Positions 57,012-64,000 of a DNA stretch of 64,000 bases are shown here, one piece after another; position 1 is the first letter of the stretch, and each line of letters opens with the position of its first letter. The position numbers and the translations under genes are program-made. This DNA comes from an uncultured Solirubrobacterales bacterium (GTDB taxonomy: Bacteria; Actinomycetota; Thermoleophilia; Solirubrobacterales; 70-9): NCBI GenBank assembly GCA_963706605.1, contig OY970165.1, positions 2,175,517 to 2,239,516 on the forward strand, in the 5' to 3' direction. The notes under the pieces are model-generated. The model had not been told where the DNA came from, searched no databases, and saw nothing but the letters and a program-made list of their open reading frames with translations.

Positions 57012-57463
57012 GCGCAGAAAGGCGTCCCCCCAAGCAGCCGCCGCCAAGCTCGGCCGCCGACGCGGCCCAGCGCCTGGCGAAGATCGTCGACGCCGCCGAG
57101 CGTGCCGCGGCGAAGGTCATCGACGACGCCGAGGCGCAGGCGCAGCGGCACCTCGATGAGGCCCACGACCGCGCCGACCGGATCGTCGCCGAACGGCTGC
57201 GCGAGCTTGCCGACCAGCTCGACGGGTCCACCGGCGAGCGACGCGGTGGGCACCTGAAACCGGTGCAGGCTCTCGACGATCGGGACGGCGAGGGGGAGCC
57301 ACTTGCGCCGCGCCGCGCCGGCTCCGCCGGGGCACGCCTGCTGGCGACCCAGATGGCGATCTCCGGCGCCGACCGCGAGGAGATCGAAGCACGGCTGCGC
57401 AGCGGCTTCGAGATCGAGGACACCGGCGAGATCCTCGACGCGATACTCGGCCCGGAGGGCTGA
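57008..57463 (+). CDS. Hypothetical coiled-coil protein, translationally coupled to argD
   Basis: 151 aa with an ATGA overlap with argD. It has a helical region AKIVDAAERAAAKVIDDAEAQAQRHLDEAHDRADRIVAERLRELADQL. No enzyme motif is seen. Confidence 0.45.
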   Translation: MSAERRPPKQPPPSSAADAAQRLAKIVDAAERAAAKVIDDAEAQAQRHLDEAHDRADRIVAERLRELADQLDGSTGERRGGHLKPVQALDDRDGEGEPLAPRRAGSAGARLLATQMAISGADREEIEARLRSGFEIEDTGEILDAILGPEG

Positions 57464-57467
57464 GACC

Positions 57468-57827
57468 ATGCATGACGACCCGACCCGCGTGATGGGGCAG
57501 CCGGAGGATCCCGGCGGGCGCCCGCGCGGCAACATGCGACTGCTGATCGCCGGCCTGATCGCCGTCATCGTCGGTCTCGTCGTGGCGATCCTCGTGATCG
57601 CCTCTGATGACGGCAGCAACGGCGCCTCGACCTCCTCCGAACCGGAAATCACGCTCTCGCCCAGCACCACTGAGACGACGACGACGCCGAGCACGACCGA
57701 GACCACCACCGGCACGACGACGACGCCGACGACCACCGAAACGACGACTCCGAGCACGACCACGACCACCGCGCCGACGACGACGAGCGAAGAAGAAAAC
57801 GGCAGCGGCGGACTTCCGGCGCCGTAG
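57468..57827 (+). CDS. Single-pass membrane protein with Thr/Pro-rich extracytoplasmic tail
   Basis: From ATG 57468 inside ORF 57303..57827. TM segment LLIAGLIAVIVGLVVAILVIA, followed by TTETTTTPSTTETTTGTTTTPTTTETTTPSTTTTTAPTTT. Confidence 0.45.
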   Translation: MHDDPTRVMGQPEDPGGRPRGNMRLLIAGLIAVIVGLVVAILVIASDDGSNGASTSSEPEITLSPSTTETTTTPSTTETTTGTTTTPTTTETTTPSTTTTTAPTTTSEEENGSGGLPAP

Positions 57828-57829
57828 GC

Positions 57830-59107
57830 ATGGCTGAGCAGGCGCCCGAGCAGGTCCGCACGGCGGGCTATGAGGCCGACCCGGCCGAGGTTCACCGGGT
57901 CCTCTTGCTCTACTCCGGCGGCCTCGACACCAGCGTGATGCTGAAGTGGATTCAGGATCGCTACGGGGCGGAGGTTGTCTGCCTCACCGTCAACCTGGGT
58001 CAGCCCGGCGAGGACTACGGGGTGATCGAGGACAAGGCGAAGCGGCTCGGCGCACTCGAGTGCCACGTCGTCGACGCCCGTGAGCGCTTCGCTCGCGACT
58101 TCGTCCTGCCGGCGATCAAGGCGAACGCGCTCTACGGCGGCGGCTACCCGCTGTTCACCGCCTTAGGCCGGCCGTTGATCGCCGAGCTGGCGGTTGAGTA
58201 CGCCCGGCAGAGCGGTTGCGACACGATTGCCCACGGCTGCACCGGCAAGGGTAACGACCAGGTGCGGATCGAGGCGACCGTGGCGACTCTGGCGCCGGAG
58301 CTGAAGACGATCGCCCCGGTGCGCTCCTGGCAGATGGGCCGCGAAGAGGAGATCGCCTACGCCCGCGAGCACGGCATCCCGGTCAAGGGCGGCACCGAGG
58401 TGACCCCTTACTCGATCGACGACAACCTCTGGGGGCGCTCTTCCGAGGGGCGCTGGATCGAGGATCTGGGCCATGCGCCCGAGGACGACGTCTTCCAGCT
58501 CGTCACCCGCCCCGAGCTGGCACCCGACGAGCCCGAGACGGTGACGGTCGAGTTCGAGGCCGGGGTCCCGGTTGCCCTGAACGGAGAACGGCTCGGCCTG
58601 GTCGATCTGCTGGAAGCCGCGGCTGAGATCGGGTGTCGCCACGGGGTCGGGATCGTTGACCACATCGAGGATCGGATCGTCGGGTTGAAGGTCCGTGACA
58701 TCTACGAGGTGCCGGCCGCCTCGATTCTGCTGCCGGCCCATCAGGAGCTGGAGAAGCTGGTTGGGACGATCCACCAAAACCAGTTCAAGCCCGGCCTCGA
58801 CCAGAAATGGGGCTACCTCGTCTACGCCGGCCTCTGGTGGGAGCCGCTACGCTCCGACCTCGACGCCTACATGGACGCGGTCAACGCGCAGGTGACGGGG
58901 ACGATCGGGTTGAGGCTGTACAAAGGCGGCGTTCGCGTCGTCACCCGCTCCTCGCCCAACGCCGTCTACGACGCCGACCTCGCCTCTTTCGCCGAGTCCG
59001 GCGGTCTCTTCTCACAGGCCGCCTCACCCGGCTTCATCGAGCTCTGGTCGTTGCAGTCGCGGATGGCGCACCGGATCAGGCAGCGCGACGAAACGGAGGA
59101 GGGCTGA
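57830..59107 (+). CDS. argG: Argininosuccinate synthase
   Basis: VLLLYSGGLDTSVMLKW, AHGCTGKGNDQVR, and SIDDNLWGRS. Confidence 0.92.
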   Translation: MAEQAPEQVRTAGYEADPAEVHRVLLLYSGGLDTSVMLKWIQDRYGAEVVCLTVNLGQPGEDYGVIEDKAKRLGALECHVVDARERFARDFVLPAIKANALYGGGYPLFTALGRPLIAELAVEYARQSGCDTIAHGCTGKGNDQVRIEATVATLAPELKTIAPVRSWQMGREEEIAYAREHGIPVKGGTEVTPYSIDDNLWGRSSEGRWIEDLGHAPEDDVFQLVTRPELAPDEPETVTVEFEAGVPVALNGERLGLVDLLEAAAEIGCRHGVGIVDHIEDRIVGLKVRDIYEVPAASILLPAHQELEKLVGTIHQNQFKPGLDQKWGYLVYAGLWWEPLRSDLDAYMDAVNAQVTGTIGLRLYKGGVRVVTRSSPNAVYDADLASFAESGGLFSQAASPGFIELWSLQSRMAHRIRQRDETEEG

Positions 59108-59259
59108 TGTACGACCGGCTCGGTAAGGCCGCATTGCGCTTCACGGTGATCTACCTGCGTCGCCGCTACCGGCGCGAGATCCGCATCGGCGCCGGCGTCG
59201 CGGTAGTGGCGGTCGGCGTAGCCGTCTACTGGGCCAATCGGGATGCACCCGAGGGCTGA
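59107..59259 (+). CDS. Small membrane protein (hypothetical)
   Basis: 50 aa from ATG 59107 (TGATG coupling to argG), with TM segment GAGVAVVAVGVAVYWA. Confidence 0.3.
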   Translation: MYDRLGKAALRFTVIYLRRRYRREIRIGAGVAVVAVGVAVYWANRDAPEG

Positions 59260-59268
59260 GGTGTTCGC

Positions 59269-60252
59269 ATGCGTAGAACCTCCGCAGTCGCGCTTCTCGC
59301 CCTAGTCCTGCTCGCGGTTGCCTCTGCTCACGCGGCCCAGATCGGCGCGCTGCGGGACAAGGTGGGCGGGGCGCAGAACGAAGCGGCGGCGCTGGCGGCC
59401 CAGATCCGCGATACCCAGGAACGCCTCGCGGCCACCGAAGCGGAAGCCACGGCGGCGGCGGCGCACGAGCGCCACCTCACCGCGCTTCTTGCGCACGGCC
59501 GCGAACGGGCGGCGAGATTGGCCACAGCCGTCGCTCGCTCCGAACAGCATCTCGAGGCCGAGCGCGCCCGTCTGCGCCGCGCCCGCCGGGCGCTCGCGCA
59601 GCGGCTGGTGGCGATCTACGAGAGCGGCTCGCCGAGCACCGCGAGCATCGTCCTCGGCTCCGGCGACCTCAACGAACTGGAGGTCCGCACCGAATACCTG
59701 CAGCGGATTGAGGACTCCGACACCGCGCTCGCGGCTCGGGTCGAGCAGGTGCGAAACAGGGTGCGGCATGAGCTGAAGCTCGTCGCCGCGTTGAAGGCGC
59801 GCGTCGACGCCTACAACGAGCGCCTCGCCGCCGCGCGCTCCGAAATCGCCGCCGTTCGCAGCCGTGCCGAGGCCGCCGCGACGCGGCTGGACTCGCTCTC
59901 GGCCGCCCGCTCCGAATCGCTGGCGACGCTGAAATCGAAGATCGGCCAGTGGGTGAGCGAGATCGAAGCCGCTGAAGCGGCGAGTCGCGCCGCGGCAGAA
60001 GAAACCGTCGGGCGCTGGCTCGGCGGGCCGTTCTCGATCCCCGCCTACATCGTCATGTGTGAGTCGGGCGGCAATTACGGAGCCGTCAACCCGAGCAGCG
60101 GTGCCGGCGGCGCCTACCAGATCCTGCCTTCGACCTGGGACCTCTACGGCGGCCAGGGCGACCCACAGGACGCGCCGAAGGCGGAACAGGATCGGATCGC
60201 AGCTGAAATCTGGGCCGACTCCGGTGGCAGCGCCTGGGTCTGCGCCGGCTGA
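59269..60252 (+). CDS. Secreted coiled-coil protein with C-terminal transglycosylase-like (CESGGN...YQI..STW) domain
   Basis: Signal peptide MRRTSAVALLALVLLAVASAHA, a ~230-aa coiled coil, and C-terminal MCESGGNYGAVNPSSGAGGAYQILPSTWDLYGG. Confidence 0.65.
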   Translation: MRRTSAVALLALVLLAVASAHAAQIGALRDKVGGAQNEAAALAAQIRDTQERLAATEAEATAAAAHERHLTALLAHGRERAARLATAVARSEQHLEAERARLRRARRALAQRLVAIYESGSPSTASIVLGSGDLNELEVRTEYLQRIEDSDTALAARVEQVRNRVRHELKLVAALKARVDAYNERLAAARSEIAAVRSRAEAAATRLDSLSAARSESLATLKSKIGQWVSEIEAAEAASRAAAEETVGRWLGGPFSIPAYIVMCESGGNYGAVNPSSGAGGAYQILPSTWDLYGGQGDPQDAPKAEQDRIAAEIWADSGGSAWVCAG

Positions 60253-60335
60253 ATCGCCGCTTCCGCAAGGGTTCCGTGCGAAACCTTTTGCATTCGGCGC
60301 GCCACGCACGACAGCGGTCCGGTTAGCGTGGCATC

Positions 60336-60659
60336 ATGCAGACAATGGAACTCAGTCGGACCGATGATCGCCTCAACAGTCTCGAGGGCAAGGTCGATGA
60401 GACCAACCGCAAGCTCGATGAGACCACTCGTAAGGTCGATGAGACCGCCCGCAAGGTCGATGATCTGGACCGTGAAATGCATGCCGAATTCCGGTCCGTC
60501 CGTACCGAGATCAAGAACGAAGGCCTGTCCGTCCGTACCGAGATGAAGGACGAGTTCCGGGCTTTCCGCGGCGAGATGAACCTCCGCTTCGACTCGATGG
60601 AGAATCGCTTCGACTCCTTGGAGGATCGGGTGGCGGCGAGACGAGGACGATGCTGGTGA
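60336..60659 (+). CDS. Coiled-coil protein with heptad tandem repeats; expected C-terminal TM helix lies in another frame (60650-60715)
   Basis: KVDETNR/KLDETTR/KVDETAR/KVDDLDR repeats (4 x 21 bp), then ...RFDSMENRFDSLEDRVAARRGRCW*. The overlapping frame encodes MLVTAIGGLFTVFATIIATQL*. Confidence 0.5.
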   Translation: MQTMELSRTDDRLNSLEGKVDETNRKLDETTRKVDETARKVDDLDREMHAEFRSVRTEIKNEGLSVRTEMKDEFRAFRGEMNLRFDSMENRFDSLEDRVAARRGRCW

Positions 60660-60755
60660 CCGCGATCGGGGGTCTCTTCACCGTGTTCGCGACGATAATC
60701 GCCACACAGCTGTAGCCCAAGCAGGGGAGGGGCGGCCGGCGTCGAAGCCGCACCC

Positions 60756-62942
60756 ATGTTCGTGCGCAAGAAGCGAGGTTCGGCCGCGCGCCGCAAAACG
60801 AAAGGAAGGGCGAAAGCGAAGTCGCGGTTCCCGCGCCCGCACCTGCCGGAGGGCCTGCAGCAGCGCCACCTCGACCTGATCGGTCTCTTCCTGATCGCGG
60901 CGGGGGTCTACCTCTCCTTCGTGCTCTTCTTCGGCTGGGACGGGGGCAAGGTCGGGTACGGGCTGGAAACCGGCCTCGAATACCTGTTTGGGAAGGTCGG
61001 AGCGCGGATCGCGACCGTGCTGATGCTGGCGATCGGAGCGATGCTGGTGACCGGCACCTCGATCTCGGCCGTCTTCCGTGGGATCGGCCGCGGTGCGCGC
61101 CATACCGTCCGTGGCGGGCGCGACATCGCCCAGACGGCGATTCAGCATCGCGAGGAGCGGCGCGGCGAAAAGACCTCGTCGGCCTTCGAGACCGAGGCCG
61201 GTCCCACCGACGTGATGAGCGCCTATCCCGAGGACGATGACTTCGAACCGACGGTGGCGATCGCCGAGAACCAGCCCGACGGGGAGCCGGCGACCACGGA
61301 GTTCGACGCCGAGCCCGAGCCTGAGTCCGGTACGGAGGATCTCCAGCCGCACGCGTACGAGGTCGAGGTCCGCACCGAGGAGGGACTCGGCGTCGGCACC
61401 GACTCCGAGTCCAAGCAGGCCTCGCTGACCCCGATGGGGCAGAAGCGCGGCGTCACCACTTCGGAGGAGATCGACTACCGGCAGCCGCCGGCAAAAGTGC
61501 TGGAAAGAGGAAAAGGCGACAAAGGCCCCGACCCGCGCGACCAAGACGCGATCGGGCGCAAGCTGGTCGAGACCCTTGGTCACTTCGGCGTCGAAGCGAA
61601 GATCGTCGGCATCGTCAGTGGCCCGCACGTCTCCCGCTTCGAGCTGCGCCTCGCTCCTGGCACGAAGGTGAAGAAAGTCACCGAGCTCTCCAACGACCTC
61701 GCCTACGCGCTCGCTTCGACCGACATTCGCATTCTGGCCCCGATCCCCGGCAAGCAGGCGGTCGGGGTCGAGGTCCCGAACACGCGCCGTCGCCTGGTCC
61801 GTCTCGGCGACATCTACGCGGGCCGCCCGGAGAAGACCTCACCGCTGGTCGCCTGGCTCGGCAAGGGGATCGACGGAAACGCGGTCTGGACCGACCTGGC
61901 GAAGATGCCCCATGTCCTCGTCGCCGGAACCACCGGCTCGGGCAAGTCCGGCTGCGTCAACGCGATCCTCTCCTCGATTCTGATGCACGCCTCGCCCAAC
62001 GACGTGCGGCTGGTCCTGGTTGACCCGAAGCAGGTCGAGCTGAACCACTACGAGCACGTCCCGCATCTGTTGACCCCGGTCGTCACCTCGCCGCGCCTTG
62101 CCGCCAACGTCCTCGCCAACCTGATCGGTGAGATGGAGAATCGCTACGGGATCATGGGCAAGGCTCGCTGCCGCAACCTGGCCGAGCTGAACCGCGCCCG
62201 CGCCAAGGCCGGCGAGCCGCCTCTCCCACACATCCTCTGCGTGATCGACGAGCTCGCGGACCTGATGATGGTCTCGCCCGCCGAGGTCGAGGACTCGATC
62301 ATCCGCCTCGCCCAGAAGTCGCGCGCCACCGGCATCCATCTCGTGTTGGCGACGCAGCGCCCTTCGACCGACATCATCACCGGCACGATCAAGGTCAACA
62401 TCCCGGCTCGGATCGCCTTCGCCGTCTCATCGCAGACGGATTCCAGAGTGATTCTCGACCAGGGTGGGGCGGAGGCCCTGCTGGGTCAGGGCGACATGCT
62501 CTTCCGCGGCGCCGGGACCTCCAAGATGGCCCGTGTGCAGGGGGCGTTCGTGACCGAGGAGGAGATCGCACGCATTACCAAGCACTGGGCGAAGCAGGGC
62601 GAACCCGAATTCGAGGCGGAGCTCTTGGAGGCGCGCGAGGAGGTTGCGAGCGGTACGGGTGATGACGATTTCGACCCCGACGCCGACGATCTGCTCGACG
62701 AGGCGATCCGCACCGTCGTGCAGACCGAAACGGCTTCCGTCTCGATGATCCAGCGCCGACTCCGGGTCGGTTACACCCGCGCTGGGCGGCTGATCGACAT
62801 GCTGGAGCGCCGTGGCGTCATCTCCGGCTACGAGGGCTCGAAGCCGCGCCAGGTGCTGATCACCGAGGCTGATCTGCACCGAGTGCTCGACGGCGACCAG
62901 CAGGCCGAGCCGGTCGCGGTCGACGCCGACGAGGCGACCTAA
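60756..62942 (+). CDS. ftsK: DNA translocase FtsK/SpoIIIE
   Basis: N-terminal TM segments, an acidic linker, the motor domain HVLVAGTTGSGKSGCVN (Walker A) and LCVIDELADLMM (Walker B), and a C-terminal gamma wHTH SVSMIQRRLRVGYTRAGRLIDMLE. Confidence 0.92.
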   Translation: MFVRKKRGSAARRKTKGRAKAKSRFPRPHLPEGLQQRHLDLIGLFLIAAGVYLSFVLFFGWDGGKVGYGLETGLEYLFGKVGARIATVLMLAIGAMLVTGTSISAVFRGIGRGARHTVRGGRDIAQTAIQHREERRGEKTSSAFETEAGPTDVMSAYPEDDDFEPTVAIAENQPDGEPATTEFDAEPEPESGTEDLQPHAYEVEVRTEEGLGVGTDSESKQASLTPMGQKRGVTTSEEIDYRQPPAKVLERGKGDKGPDPRDQDAIGRKLVETLGHFGVEAKIVGIVSGPHVSRFELRLAPGTKVKKVTELSNDLAYALASTDIRILAPIPGKQAVGVEVPNTRRRLVRLGDIYAGRPEKTSPLVAWLGKGIDGNAVWTDLAKMPHVLVAGTTGSGKSGCVNAILSSILMHASPNDVRLVLVDPKQVELNHYEHVPHLLTPVVTSPRLAANVLANLIGEMENRYGIMGKARCRNLAELNRARAKAGEPPLPHILCVIDELADLMMVSPAEVEDSIIRLAQKSRATGIHLVLATQRPSTDIITGTIKVNIPARIAFAVSSQTDSRVILDQGGAEALLGQGDMLFRGAGTSKMARVQGAFVTEEEIARITKHWAKQGEPEFEAELLEAREEVASGTGDDDFDPDADDLLDEAIRTVVQTETASVSMIQRRLRVGYTRAGRLIDMLERRGVISGYEGSKPRQVLITEADLHRVLDGDQQAEPVAVDADEAT

Positions 62943-62988
62943 CGGGCGTCTTTCACACCAGGATCCTGCAAATAGCCACAATGTCGGG

Positions 62989-63744
62989 GTGGACACCGGT
63001 ATCGGAGTCACCCTTCGGGAGGCGAGGAATCGCCGCAAAGTCGATCTTTCCGAGGTCGAAGCCGCGATCAAGATCCGGATTCGCTACCTGCAGGCGATGG
63101 AGAACGAGGAGTGGGACGCCCTCCCGGGTGGCGCCTACACGCGTGGATTCATCCGCACCTACGCCTCCTATCTCGGCCTCGACGGAGAGCGGCTGGCCGA
63201 CGACTACCGGCGCAGCACCGCTCCACCGGGTGGTGAGCGGGCGCCGAAGCGGGTCGAGCCGGTGCCGATGGGCGCCCGCACGGAACGCCCCCGGATCTCT
63301 GGCCGTGTCCTGATCGTGGCGGTCTGCGTCGGCCTGGTCGCTCTTCTGATCGGGATCGGCCTGATCGCCGGGGATGGTGGTTCCTCCAGCTCGACGCCGA
63401 CGGCGAAGAAGGGCAAGCGACACAGGAAGCAGGATCAGACGACGACCAAGTCGGCCCAACCCGGCGTCGCGATGCGCCTGACCGCGACCGCGGAAGTATG
63501 GGTGTGTCTGCTCGATGCCGAGGAAAAGCCACTGGTCGACGGCCAGATCCTCGAAGAAGGCGCGGAAACCGGTACGTTCAGGTCCCGCGGCTTCGAAGTC
63601 GCCTTGGGCAACGGCTCGGTGACGATGCTTGTCGACGGAAAGCAGGCGAACGTCCCCGCCAGCTCAAGCCCGGTGGGCTACCGCATCGATTCCAGCGGGG
63701 AGCTGACGTCCCTCGAAGAAGGTGAAAGGCCCAGCTGCGAATGA
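62989..63744 (+). CDS. RodZ-like HTH / DUF4115 membrane protein
   Basis: [61 protein letters not shown], one TM segment ([21 protein letters not shown]), and a C-terminal beta-rich domain. Confidence 0.65.
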   Translation: MDTGIGVTLREARNRRKVDLSEVEAAIKIRIRYLQAMENEEWDALPGGAYTRGFIRTYASYLGLDGERLADDYRRSTAPPGGERAPKRVEPVPMGARTERPRISGRVLIVAVCVGLVALLIGIGLIAGDGGSSSSTPTAKKGKRHRKQDQTTTKSAQPGVAMRLTATAEVWVCLLDAEEKPLVDGQILEEGAETGTFRSRGFEVALGNGSVTMLVDGKQANVPASSSPVGYRIDSSGELTSLEEGERPSCE

Positions 63745-64000
63745 GCGAGGCTCCTGTAAGGGCGGGGATTGTGGTGACGGGGACGGAGGTCTTGACCGGG
63801 CGGATAGCGGACCGCAACGGGCCCTGGATCTCCGAACAGCTGGCCGAGCTGGGGATTGAGGTCGCCCACATCCTGGTCGTCGCCGACCGCCCCGCGGACC
63901 TCGAGGCGGCCCTGCGCTTCATGGCTGCCGAGCAAATGGACCTGATCGTCACCTCCGGTGGGCTGGGCCCGACCGCCGACGACCTCACGGCCGAGATCGT
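63741..64000 (+). CDS. cinA: CinA-family (competence/damage-inducible) protein, N-terminal MoCF-binding domain; 3' end outside the window
   Basis: ATG 63741 (ATGA overlap). [34 protein letters not shown]...[17 protein letters not shown]. The frame is open to the window end. Confidence 0.75.
   Translation, partial: MSEAPVRAGIVVTGTEVLTGRIADRNGPWISEQLAELGIEVAHILVVADRPADLEAALRFMAAEQMDLIVTSGGLGPTADDLTAEI

Noticed and set aside
59260-59268. A possible cyclic-di-AMP (ydaO-type) riboswitch upstream of the transglycosylase-like gene, as is often seen before Rpf-type genes in Actinobacteria.
   Set aside because: Only 9 nt separate it from the preceding ORF, which leaves no room for a riboswitch.

Overview
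High-GC bacterial chromosomal window. The gene order is typical of Actinobacteria: tlyA-nadK-recN-steA-mctB-like-pyrG...xerD; mutM-recO-dgt-dnaG; thrS-infC/rpmI-rplT-trmH-pheST-argCJBD..argG; ftsK-rodZ-like-cinA. A Thermoleophilia/Rubrobacteria-type lineage is an inference only. About 45 kb is ordinary housekeeping DNA. There are three accessory stretches. (1) 1 to ~9.8 kb is the right-hand part of an integrated phage-like element. It carries an HK97-type capsid, a TerS-like HTH, a tape measure, a Cro/CI-type switch, small coupled ORFs and a tyrosine integrase. It ends in a low-GC, hairpin-rich junction with no tRNA. (2) 31.6-39.1 kb is the most unusual structure. An intact tRNA-Met(CAT) is followed by five very small cassettes of 1.0-2.3 kb with 1-3 genes each. 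None carries a recombinase. Each is closed by the same composite repeat, a ~103-bp conserved arm plus the last 44 nt of the tRNA. Cargo includes two secreted beta-propeller proteins, a small-protein trio, a frameshifted gene, a CHAT (caspase-like) protease with a C-terminal 2-TM tail, and an RHH/ParE toxin-antitoxin pair. (3) 39.1-41 kb holds a tRNA-Cys/tRNA-Val neighbourhood with a GNAT gene scar. Other points: a 43-bp palindrome family with covarying inner stems sits after two unrelated genes; an antiparallel wecB splits infC from rpmI-rplT; the arg cluster lacks argF/argR/argH in the window and carries two small non-arg ORFs; a coiled-coil gene has its TM tail out of frame. No rRNA genes or CRISPR arrays were seen. 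All calls come from reading the translations and sequence by eye. No database search was run.
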